Shown: piece by piece, positions 50,495 to 62,700 of the stretch
Position numbering within the stretch: position 1 is the stretch's first letter
Layout of the letters: each line of letters starts with the position of its first letter
Source of the DNA: Selaginella moellendorffii
Taxonomy: Eukaryota > Plantae > Lycopodiophyta
Direction: 5' to 3'
Length of the DNA stretch: 64,000 bases
NCBI RefSeq assembly: GCF_000143415.4
Contig: NW_003314317.1
Coordinates: 186,001 to 250,000, forward strand
Made by a program: the position numbers and the translations under genes
Notes under the pieces: generated by a model
Seen by the model: the letters and a program-made list of their open reading frames with translations, nothing else
Database searches by the model: none
Told to the model about the DNA's origin: nothing

Positions 50495-53400
50495 GGAAGA
50501 TGGTATAGATAGTGGAATGTGAGGCAGCATTTATCCACCTCAAAGAAAAGTTGAGGAATGCTCCCCTGTTGGCATTACTAAACTTTGGTAAAGATTTTGA
50601 GGTAGAAACGGATGCTTAAAACTTTGCATTGGGTGCAGTGTTAAAGCAAGATAACCATCCAGTAGTGTTCTTCTTGAATAAGTTGGACAAGGCTCAGCGA
50701 AAGTGGCTTGCCCACGAGAAGGAATTGTTTGCGGTGGTCAAGGCGCTCAAGGAGTGTTGACACTATCTTGGGAGACACTTTAAAGTTTACACGGATAATG
50801 TGGTAACGAAACACTTTTTGTCACAATCCGACTTGAGAGGGATTGAGGTTTATATAGAATCTCACAATCAAACTCAACCCACCAACCCTGTTTCCCTCTC
50901 AGGTCGGATTGCTTTAAGAAGTGTCTTGGTTGAGTTTGATTGCGAGATTCTATATAAACCTAAGAAGAGCAACATTGTGGTGAATGCTCTAAGTCGAAAA
51001 GCGAGTTTGAAGTTGGCGATATCCAACATAACAACAACCTTTTGGGATGATGTGTGGATAATATATGGGAATGATAATCTAGCACAAGAAGTGTTACTAA
51101 AGAACCAAGAGGCGCGGTAAGCTCACTAGAGAGGTGAACTGCTAACGGAAGAAAAAACAGGCTATGTGGAATGCAATGGACTCATCTATTGTAAACAAAT
51201 GAGAGTGTATGTTCCAAAAGAGGAACTAAGGAAGGTAGCCTTAGAAGAGTGTCATGACAGACCTCTTGCAAGACATGGTAGAGTGCCCAAGATAATGGGC
51301 TTACTCAAGAGGAAGTATCACTAGCCAGATATGGCTAAGGACGTCCAAGACTATGTAAAGATATGTCCAACATGTCAGCAGGTCAAAGCCATGACTAAGG
51401 CTAGTGGGGGCTTGTTATAAAACATCCCAATTCCAAATCATCCATGGAAATGTCTTACGATGGACTTCATCACGGAACTCCCCCCAAATGAGGGGTTTGA
51501 TGCGATATTCGTAGTGGTGAACTGATTTTCGAAGATGGCACATTTCATACCCACCACAACGGAAGTGGATGCGGAAGGTGTGGCAAAGCTATTTTTCGAA
51601 CAAGTGGTTCGAGTGTGGGGAAGGCCAGAAAAAATTATCTCAGATCAAGATAAGATCTTCACCAGTAGGTTCTGGAGAACTCTTTTAGAATAGTATCACA
51701 CCAAGTTGAAATTTAGCACAGCCTATCATCTACAGATAGGTATTGGGTATTAAGTTAAGTTTAATGGCACTAACACTTCTTGACAGATGGACAAACGAAA
51801 AGGGTGAATAGATAGCTGGAGGATTATTTGCATTGTTATGTCTTTGGAGACCAGACTAATTAGGTAAGTCATTTAGGACTTGCGGAAATGTACTATAACA
51901 ACTCACCACACTTAAATATCGGAGTGAGTGCATGGGAAGTCATCAATGAGCGAGCTATTGAAGGTCCTGTGGCACTTGGCGTGGCTAAGTATCATGGATA
52001 GTTACCCATAGTGGAGGCATTCATGGCGGAAACACTCAATATTTGAAATCTAGTGAGGGATTTCTTGGAACAGGCTCAACAAAGGCAAACCAAGTATGCG
52101 AACCAAAAGCACCAGGATGTAGAGTTCTAACCTAGGGGGAAGGTGTGGCTGAACACCAAGAATCTAAGGCTACCAAGTGGGATCAGCTGAAAGTTGACCC
52201 AAAGGTAAAAATGTATGTATTCCTAGAAATGAACTAATCTTGAGTTCCTTAAGCAGGTTTGCAAGGCCTTATAATATTGAGGCACGAATTGGTAAGATGG
52301 CTTACTGCCTCCGACTTCCTTGAGAGATGAAGAAGATGCATCATGTGTTCCATGTGAACTTACTCAAGTCGTACTTTGAGAATCTACTTTGCAAGGACTA
52401 AATAAGACCTTTATCTGAGGTTATCGAAGGGGAAGAGGAATACGAAGTCGAGGCCATCCTCAATGCACGCAAGAGCAAGCGACAAGGATGCGAGGTGAGG
52501 GAATTCCATATGAAGTGGAAAGGATTTCCATACTGCGAAGCAACATGGGAACCAAAGGAGAACTTAGCGAATACACAGGATCTAGTGGAGGAATTTTTGC
52601 AAGGTAAAACTCTATATACTTATGCAAAATTCAATTTAAGAATCTATTTTGAGAAATTAATCAATGTTGTATATTAGGACCCGAAGGCACACCGAAGGTA
52701 AACTAATTAGCATAGGTTAGCTAGGTTGACCAAATGTAGGGAACTACACCCCACTCTCCACGGGGATATTGAATCTATAGATGTATTTTACAAAGGTTGG
52801 GTTCAAGTTCCAACCCTCTAGTAAAGCAATGCTAGGTTCAAATCCCAACCCCATACTAGGGCATGGTGAGGGGAGGGGTATAAGAACACCTATATTCCGT
52901 TGTTATGGGCTCTTAACTGGGGAGGCTAACTTAGGCACACCGTTAAGTCCCTTGAAGACATGGTCAACAAGTCATAAGATTAAAAAAAGGCATTCGATAT
53001 GGGCCTTGAACTTCTTCTATAGGTGGTGGAGTTGTAAGGAACCAACTCCCTAAGGTGTCAAAGGCTAAAAGATCCCCGAGAGCACGACCAAAATGATAAA
53101 GAGTTCATCATATGAGACTAAGTCCGAGATCGAGTCTGAGACCGATTCTAAGACCGAGTTCGAGACCGAGTCCGAGATTGAGTCCAAGACTGACTCTGAG
53201 ACCAAGTTCAAGACCGAGTCCGAGATCTGAGATTGGGTCCAAGACCAAGTCCGAGATCGAGTCTGAGACAGAGTCTGAGGTCGGGTCCAAGATCGAGTCC
53301 GAGATCAAGTTTGAGACAGAGTTCGAATACTAATACAGGTCATGGGGTGAAAGCCCAAACCATGTGTTTCCCAAGGTTGGGGGGGGGGCTGCAAGGGGTT

Positions 53401-54035
53401 CCAAAAGTATAGTAGGGATAGTGAGGTTCAGGAACCAGTCTTGAAGGAACTCTCCAGTGGTGCTTCCAAACTGACTTGAGGTTGAGACTAGGGTTGAGGG
53501 GCCTTGGGTGGGAGTGAGTATGGACTCAGGTGGTGCCAGAGGGGCCACCCAAGGAAGTGCTTAAGAGCAGCTCCCACCCCAGAAGGAAAACTGACTGCGG
53601 TACTCTTGGCTCATGTGGAGTGGTACCCATTGTTCTTCACCTTTCCTAGGGGCTTGGGCCTTCCCTTCGGGATGGAAGTGGGGGAGTAGGGGTACCCATA
53701 CTGGGCCGTTGGGCCACGGTGTTTCCCCTCAACGTCCCAAACCAAGTGTTGCACCTAAGGCTTGGGATTTAAAGGGTCCCATGATTAAGTTTTGTTGTAC
53801 CAATGGATGTTAGGAACCTGGAGGTTTAGTGTGCTTGGCTACTTATGCTTATAGGAACTGTAGCTAAACCTTAAATCCAATCTAACCCAGGGAGGGGGAT
53901 TGGGAGAAATTTGGGAATTCATAAATAGATGGCTAACTCTTTGTTGCTCATGTAGTGAGTAGCTGAAACTAAGTAGGAGTTGGTATAATAGGCTGGAACC
54001 TTGGCGAGGGAACTTAGCTAAGGCCAAGGCAGTGT

Positions 54036-56735
54036 ATTGAAAATGATAGTGAATCGTGGGATGGATAGCAGTGGAGCACTAAACCATTTTGTCTAGACTT
54101 GCTATTAAAAGACTTAGGTTACAATGCTTAATTCTTTTCCGGGGAATTTTACTGTTGCTCCTTAAGTAACTTGGTGTTAAATTAGTTTTGAGTTTAGTCA
54201 GATAGAGTATGGCATGAGCTTGTTTATGTTGTGAACAAAATTGGTAGTGTTTGGTGTTATAAATTTCTATCAGTGGGGTGTGACATTTATGTTGCATTTT
54301 GTCGAATAGAGTTGGCATTTGATACTCATATTACTTTTGAAGTAATAATGTGAGCTTGATTGTAGTGTTGCTTAATTGATGATCAAGTCATTGTAATACT
54401 TATATCATATTTATGTGATAGTGAGTAATGTGTTACAAAGTTACTTGGTTAAACGATAATCAACACTAAAGTGGTTGATAGTGAAGCTAGTCTATTTGCA
54501 AGTAGTAGTATTGAAGTAGCTTTGACTAAATTCTCAATAATGATCTATAATGTGCTAAGCTTATGTTGGTACTTTTGTTCTTGAGAGGTTTGCCCATAAG
54601 ATGTTGGAAAAGTGTAAGTTATAAATTTTTCCTTTCTAATTTGCCAGCTTACCTCGTTTATTCAACCAATGCATCAAGATAATTGCTCTTGATTGCATGA
54701 TGTGAACACAAGTAATGAGTCATACCTTATTGCAAATCATCTCTCAAAAAAAAAAAGAAGTTGATGTATGTGTTTGATCCTTTGTCCCTGGTGACTCTCC
54801 TTTCGGTCTCATCTTAACTGAACCTCAAACTTGCATTACCACTACCTTTAATCCAATCTAAGAAAAGTTTATGAGAGAGCACGGCAATAACTACTTGAAC
54901 CAATAGACTAATCCCCATAGTCTTGATTGATATACAAATAATCATACCTAGGAAAGATTCACTAGTGCTATGCTAAACAATTACAAACCAATCTATTTGC
55001 CACTCATAGCAAACTCAAGGAAGGTTTACCTTCACCCACGGTACATGGAACAACTTATGAAACCACCGATAGGCTAACATTAATCTTGCTAACTCAAAAT
55101 GTAACCTTGAGTTGCTAATGTGCCTCATTTACGAGCCCAAGTGTAAACTCGTCCAAAATAGTACATCTCAGTCCATCTTATGAGCCCAAGAGCAAGTTTG
55201 CATAATATGGTAAAAAAAGTAACCAAAATTCATACCTAAGAAATGAATGTAAAGTTTTAGCACCCAAATGTGTACCTAGTTGGATCATCATTTTCATCTC
55301 TGCATACATAATGAGATTAGTTGCTTAATCTCATTAGATAGTACTCATTAAGATTCATCCTCTAATACCAAATGTAACACATGTGGTTTTCACCCTTTAT
55401 CCTATAGTGATTCACCATAGCAAAACCTAAACCATCAATGTGCCATATGTCACATGCCATTTATCCAAGAACAACATAGTGGAACCTGAGTTTCAAAGCC
55501 TTGAGCCACTAAATGAAGGAATGAAGCCAAACTCTTAAATATGGAACCAAGGAGCGATGGAACTGGAGCACAGAGCAACTCTCAAGTGTACAACCCAAAG
55601 AGCAAAAAGACAAAAGCACGGAGTGATTTGGAACAGTCCTAAAGCATCTAATATCCAAATGCTAGGACTAGCATGTTTTTCTTGATGAGGTCTGTGAGGC
55701 TCAAAAGATTGAGCTGTGGATCAGAAGACTTTGAAAATCTTGCATCACTTATTAATGATTACATTTATATTCTTAATATTACCTTGAGGACAATTTTTAT
55801 ATTTTTTATGGGGATGAATTCTAATAATCATTTGTGATTGATTGTGTTTTCAATCTTTATTCCACACTTCCTTCATACCTACCATGATTCTCCTATTTTA
55901 GGTAGGCATATGTGTAGCACACGTAATTTTCACCTTTTATCCTATGGTAATTGACCATAGGATAACCATGAAGCAAAACCTAAACCTCCATATGCCACAT
56001 ATCATATGCCACATGCCATATGCCATGTGTCTAAGGACACTAGAGCAAAACCCAAATTTTAGGGCCTTGAGCCACTAAATGAAGGAACTGAGCCAAACTC
56101 CTAAGCATGGAGCCAAGAAGCAAAAGTACTAAAGCATAGATAAACTCCCAAGTGTACAACCTAAGGAGCGAAGGGACATGAGTATAGAGCAACTTGAAAT
56201 AGCCCTAAAGCATCCAGCATCCCAATGCCAAAACCAGCTTGCAAAACAAAGCCAAACAAAGTTTGGCATTATTGCAGTATACCGGTGGTCTAACACAAGG
56301 ATATAGGTACTCTATCAACTAGCATAGTATGGAACTTAGGTTTAGACCCAAGCTAGATGCAGAACAAAAACAAGCACATAAGCGGGAGTTAGATTATATC
56401 TCAAGTTAGTCAGCCATACCCAACCTACCACTATCCCTACTATACATTTGGAACCAACCCCCCTCCCTCTCCCCCTTGAGAAATGCATGCTTTGGGCTCA
56501 CCTTTAGCCACCCTTAGTACCAGGAGTTAGTATCTAAGATTAACTCAAAACTTCCTAAATATGGAATGGCATTAGATTGTGAACTTGGACATGGGACCAA
56601 CACTATTGTGTTCTATAGATATGCCAAATTACCAAATCTAGACACTTTCCATAAATAGCAATTGAGACTAAACACAACTAACACAAGATGCATGATAACA
56701 AAGGTGTTTGGCAGACATGGTAAGCTATCATTTGA
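54036..56735 (-). mobile_element. Second copy of the old minus-strand LTR element (partly inverted) plus LTR fragments
   Basis: 54690-55670 is colinear with 21326-22320; PBS-like TGGTATTAGAG (minus) at ~55360-55370 next to TGTAA at 55373; 55912-56735 resembles 22010-22840. Confidence 0.6.
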
Positions 56736-56739
56736 CGAA

Positions 56740-59700
56740 GTCTGAGACCAAGTCCGAGGTCGAGTCCGAGGTCGGGTCCGAGATCGGGTCCGAGAGCGGG
56801 TCCGAGATCGAATCCGAGACCGAATCCGAAGTCGGATCCGAAATCGGGTCTGAGATCGAGCCAGAGACTAAGTCCAAATACTAATACGGGTCAAGGGGTG
56901 AAAGCCCAAAGCGTGCATCTCCCAGGGGGGGGGGGGGGGCTGCAGGGGGTTCCAAAAGTATAGTAGGGATAGTGAGGTCCAGGAACCAGTTTTGAAGGGA
57001 CTCTCCAGTGGGGCTTCCAAACCGACTTGAGGTTGAGATTGGGACCAAGGGGCCTTGGGTGGGAGTGAGCATGGACTTGGTTGGTGCCGGAGGGGCCATC
57101 CAAGGAAGTGCTCAAGAGCAGCTCCCACTCCCGAAAGGGAAACCGATTGCGGTGCTCCCGGCTCATGTGGAGTGGTGCCCACTTGAGTACTATGCGGCTC
57201 ATTGGTCCTCGCCCTTCCTAAGGGCTTGGACCTTCCCTTCGGGATGGAAGTGGGGGGGGGTAGAGGTACCCATACTGGGCTGCTAGGCCACGGTGTTTCG
57301 CCCCGGCGTCCCGAAGCAAATGTTGCACTCAAGACTTGGGATTTAGAGGGTCCCATGATCAAGTCTTGTGGTACCAAGGGATGTTAGGAACCTGGAAGCT
57401 TGGTGTGCTTGGCTGCTTGTGCTTGCGGGGAGTGTAGCCGAACCTTAAGTCCAGTCTAACCCGGGGAGGGGGATTGGGAGAGATTGGGAATCCGTGGATG
57501 GAAGGCTAACGCTCCGTTGCTTGTGCAGTGAGTAGCTAAAAGCAAGTAGGACCAAGTAGGAGTTGGTACCATAGGCGAGAACCTTGGCAAGGGAACTTAG
57601 CAAAAGCCAAGGTAGTGTCGGACAGATAGACAAGGTAAGCTAGCAAATTGGAAAGGAAAAATTTGTGGCTTACAATTTGGTATCGGAGCCTTTTCCTCAG
57701 TTCTAGCGAAGGATAGAGGCGGATTGCTGGGAGATGGCAAGGGCAGGGCGTAAGCGAACCCAGGCGGAGACGGAACCTCCGCCGGAGCTGGAGCCTCCGG
57801 TTGAACAAGAGGCTATGGATGAGGAATCCTTGCATAAGGAGGACTTTAGTGAGGAAACTTCCAAACAGGAGTCCGGTGGCGAGGTTCGGTCGTCCAAGGC
57901 TCGATTGGACGTGCTAGAAGGACAGTTGGCACAGACCAATGCCCGGCTGGAAACTCTCGTACGCAAGCTAAAGCGTGACGAGAGGCGGAAGAAAAAGAGA
58001 AAGACTGCGGATGCTGGCAGCGCAGAAGGTGCGGACCTTTCGGTAGGGACTAAGGCAAAACCAGACAAGGTCGAACAAACCGAAGTAGAATCAGTCCCTC
58101 AGGCAGTTCCCAAGTACAAACCAAAGCCCCCACCGGTCTTCAAGGGAGTGAATGATTATAAGGTGGTGGAGGATTGGTTTTACGATATGGAGGACTACTT
58201 CCGAGTGTTGCGATTACCGAGCTCGGAGAAAATCCCATGTGCAAAACCATACTTGGCAGATAATGCCAAGTCTTGGTGGAGAACGACAGAGGCCAACGAA
58301 GGACCGGTGGCCACTTGGGACATGATGAAGGCGAGGATCCGCGCAACATACGTTCCTCCGAATGCCACTCTGCATCTGAGAGATGAGCTGAGTAGGCTGA
58401 AGCAGATTGGAACCATCCAAGAATATGTGAATGGGTTCATGGCAAAGAGGATACTGGTCACGGACATGGGGGATATGGATGCATTCCATGCCTTCATATT
58501 AGGTTTGCAAACCTGGGCTCGCGGTGAGGTGATGCGCTGGAACCCGACCAACTACAAGGAAGCGTTGGATGCGGCCATCAAGGTGCATTTCAATGATAAT
58601 CTGGGAAAGGGGAACACGACGGGGTCGGGATCCACGTTTAGCAAAGGGGCCAAACCAAGGGGAACGTATAGCAGGGGGAAATTCAAGAAGAGTTTCTCTA
58701 AGAATGAGTCATCGGGGTTCCGGAAAGGCAAATCCGGTGGCCAGCGAGCGAGTACGTGGGGGAGTCAAGCGAAAAAAGACAAACCCACGGATAAGAAGGT
58801 CAAGTCGTATAGCAGCGTGGGAAACAACGTATGCTACAACTGCGGTGAAGTGGGACACTTTTCGAGGGAATGTCCCTACCCGAAGAAGGCCAGAGCTAAT
58901 ATGGCCATCAAGTCGGGTGAAGTCCAAACTGAGGTATGTGATCCAGTCCCTAACTCAAAGTTACTCATTACACGAGCAACTTTGGTAGAGAGTCGTTCAC
59001 GACATCTACTAGCCCTCCGAGGGAAGCTCAGAGGTAGCTTTGTTAAGATCTTTATTGACACGGGTGCTTTGGATAATTTTGTGGCTGCAGACATAGTCCG
59101 GCAAGCCGGACTAACGGTGCAGCGGCTAGGCGAACCAAGGACTATAGAGTTTGTTCAAGGTAGCCAAAGCACCGACGAGGTACTTCGACAAGCGAGAGTC
59201 GAAGTAGGGACATGGAAAGTAGACATGGATTTCACCGTGTTAGACATGGCGGGATTTGATGTGATCTTCGGAATGGATTGGTTTAATCGGTTCGTGGTAG
59301 CCCTACATGGACAAGGTAGGAACCTTGTGGTACTGGCGAATGCCCAAGGAAGAAGATCTAGGGTGGAGGCCCAAAATCTAAAGGTAGGGCAAAGTAAAGC
59401 CAAAGATTCCTGCTTAAACTTGGTGTCCACGAGAGGACAACTCACCAAAGGAACTAAGGCAGCCTTTTTGTGCTTACTCTTGGTGAAGAGTGACAAAAAG
59501 ACAGGAAAGGAAGAAGTCCCTTTGGTGATCCAGCGGGTGTTGGACCAATTCCAGGATACCATGCCAGAGGAGCTACCAGCGGGGTTGCCCCCCGCACGAC
59601 CGATAGAACATAAGATTGAGCTGGTCGAGGGTGCTGAGGCGGTGGTTCATCCCCTCTATCGTTTGAACGAAAAAGAACTCAAGGAGCTCAAGTGCCAACT

Positions 59701-62700
59701 AGAGGAGTTGGTGGACAAAGGGTATGTTAGGTTGAGCAAGTCGCCGTATGGGGCGCCGATGTTATTTGTGAAAAAGAAAGATGGTTCTATGCGCATGTGC
59801 ATAGACTACCGGTTGCTCAACAAGTATACAAAGAAGAACAAGTACCCTTTGCCAAGAATTGAGGACCTGTTCGATAGGTTGGGAAAGGCAAAATACTTCT
59901 CGAGGATTGACCTAAGGTCAGGATACTACCAAATCAGGGTAGCCGAGGAAGATGTCGAGAAGACAACCTATCGAACGAGGTATGGGAGCTTTGAGTTTCT
60001 GGTGATGCCCTTCGGGCTATGCAATGCGCTGGCAACGTTTTCGGCATTGATGAACCACATCTTTGTACCCTATCTGGATCACTTCGTGGTCGTCTATATC
60101 GACGACATCCTGATCTATAGCGAGACACTAGAGGAGCATGCCGAACACTTGGCGAAGGTGTTTGAGAAACTAAGGGAACACAAACTGTATGCTAAAGAGA
60201 GCAAATGTGACTTTGCTCAACAAGAGGTAAACTTTCTCGGGCATGTGGTGGGCCAGGACGGGCTCAAGGTGGACCCAGAGAAGGTCCAAGCGATCCAGGA
60301 ATGGGAGCGACCATCGAATGTACACGAGTTAAGGGCATTCTTGGGGCTATGCAACTACTACCGAAAGTTTATCAGACACTATTCGAGAGTAGCCCTCCCC
60401 TTAACGGACCAAACGGGAAAAGGGAAGATGGTATGGATAGCAGAATGCGAGGCGGCATTCGTCCACCTCAAGGGGAAGTTGAGGAAGGCTCCCATGTTGG
60501 CATTACCAGATTTTGGTAAGGACTTTGAGGTAGACACGGATGCTTCGGACTTTGCGTTGGGCGCAGTTTTGAAGCAAGACAACCATCCAGTAGCGTTCTT
60601 CTCGAAGAAGTTGGACAAGGCTCAACGGAAGTGGCCTGCCCACGAGAAGGAATTGTTTGCGGTGGTCAATGCGCTCAAGGAGTGGCAACACTACCTTGGG
60701 AGACACTTCAAGGTTTACACGGACAATGTGGCAACGAAACACTTCTTGTCACAGCCCGACCTGAGAGGGAAACAAGGTCGGTGGGCCAATGCCTTGGCCG
60801 AGTTTGATTGCGAAATTCTGTACCAGCCTGGGAAGAGCAACATTGTGGCAGATGCGCTAAGTCGAAAAGCGAGCTTGAGGTTAGCGATATCCAGCGCAAC
60901 AGCAACCTTCTGGGACGATGTGCGGACAGCATATGAGAATGATGGTCTAGCACAAGAAGTGTTGCTGAGGAATCTAGAGGCGCGGGAAGCTCACCAGAGA
61001 GGTGAGCTGCCAACGGAAAAGAAAACGGGCTATGCAGAACGCAACGGACTCATCTATTACAAGCAAACGAGGGTGTATGTTCCAGAAGGGGAACTAAAGA
61101 AGGTAGCCTTAGAAGAGTGTCATGACGGACCTCTTGCGGGACACGGCGAAGTGCCCAAGACGATGGGCTTACTTAAGAGGAAGTACTATTAGCCAGATAT
61201 GGCTAAGGACGTCCAAAACTATGTAAAGATATGTCCAACATGTCAGCAGGTCAAAGCCGTGACTAAGGCTAGTGGGGGCTTGTTGCAAAGCATCCCAATT
61301 CCAGATCGTCCGTGGAAATGTCTTACGATGGACTTCATCACGGGACTTCCCCCAAGCGAGGGGTTTGATGCGATATTCGTGGTGGTGGACCGATTTTCGA
61401 AAATGGCACATTTCATACCCACCACAACGGAAGTGGATGCGGGAGGTGTGGCGAAGCTATTTTTCGAACAAGTGGTTCGAGTGCGGGGAAGGCTGGAAGA
61501 GATCATCTCAGATCGAGATAAGATCTTCACTAGTAGGTTCTGGAGGACTCTCCTGGAACAGTATCGCACCAAGTTGAAATTCAGCACCGCCTATCACCCA
61601 CAGACAGGTATGGGGTATTAAGTCAAGTTTGGTGACAGTAACACTTCTTGACAGACGGACAAACGAAAAGGGTGAATAGGCAGCTAGAGGATTATTTGTG
61701 ATGCTATGTCTCGGGAGACCAGACCGATTGGGTAAGTCATTTGGGACTTGTGGAAATGTGTTATAACAACTCACCACATTTGAGTATCGGGGTGAGTCCA
61801 TGGGAAGTCATCAATGGGCGAGCTATTGAAGGTCCTGTGGAACTCGGCGTAGCCGAGTATCATGAAGAGCTACCCGCAGTGGAGGCATTCACGGCGGAAA
61901 GACTCAACATTTGGAATCTAGTGAGGGATTCCTTGGAACGGGCTCAACAAAGGCAAACCAAGTACGCGAACCTAAAGCGCCGGGATGTAGAGTTCTAAGC
62001 TGGGGAGAAGGTGTGGTTGAACACCAAGAACCTCAGGCTACCAAGTGGGATCAGCCGAAAGTTGACCCAAAGGTAAAAATGCATGTATTCCTATAAATGA
62101 ATTGATCTTGAGTTCCTTAAGCAGGTTCGCAGGGCCTTACGAGATTGAGGCACGAATCGGTAAAGTGGCTTACCGACTCCGACTTCCTCGAGAGATGGGG
62201 AAGACGCACCCAATGTTCCACGTGAACTTACTCAAGCCGTACTTTGAGGATCCGCTTCGCAAGGACCAAGTAAGACCTTTACCTAAGGTTATCCAAGGGG
62301 AAGAGGAATACGAAGTTGAGGCCATCCTCAATGCGCGCAAGAGCAAGCGACAAGGACGCGAGGTGAGAGAGTTCCATGTGAAGTGGAAAGGATTTCCACA
62401 CTGCGAAGCAACATGGGAACCGGAGGAGAACCTAGCGAACGCGCGAGATCTAGTGGAGGACTTTCTGCAAGGCAGAACTCTATGTACTTATGCAAAGTTC
62501 AATTAAAAATATCAATTTGCAAAGTTGAGCAAGTGGCATATGTTAGGACCCGAAGGCGCGCCGAAGGTAAGCTAATTAGCATGGGTTAGCTAGGTCAACC
62601 AGGCATAGGGAGCTACGCCCGACTCCCTGCAGGGATGTCGAATCCGTAGACGTATTCTACGGAGGTTGGGTTCGAGTCCTAACCCCCTAGTAAAGCAAGG

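Larger units (their letters stand above)
26578..54670 (+). mobile_element. Chromovirus Ty3/Gypsy copy A (old, degenerate; host of nested insertions)
   Basis: 5' LTR 26578-27107 (internally deleted); PBS TGGTATTGGAGCC; decayed gag-pol 27157-29783 resuming at 50500 with RNaseH-INT-chromodomain; 3' LTR from 53033, whose end lies inverted at 54613-54670; flanks CCTTT/CTTTT. Confidence 0.85.

Noticed and set aside
55990-56030. CACATGCCAT runs resembling half of the 24-bp palindrome (also ~22095 and ~55450)
   Set aside because: Tandem half-sites in the old LTR family without the symmetric GGCC-centred structure; probably unrelated
62470-62540. Possible third pol intron (GC donor) after the chromodomain
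   Set aside because: Non-canonical donor, and the ORF ends plausibly without splicing
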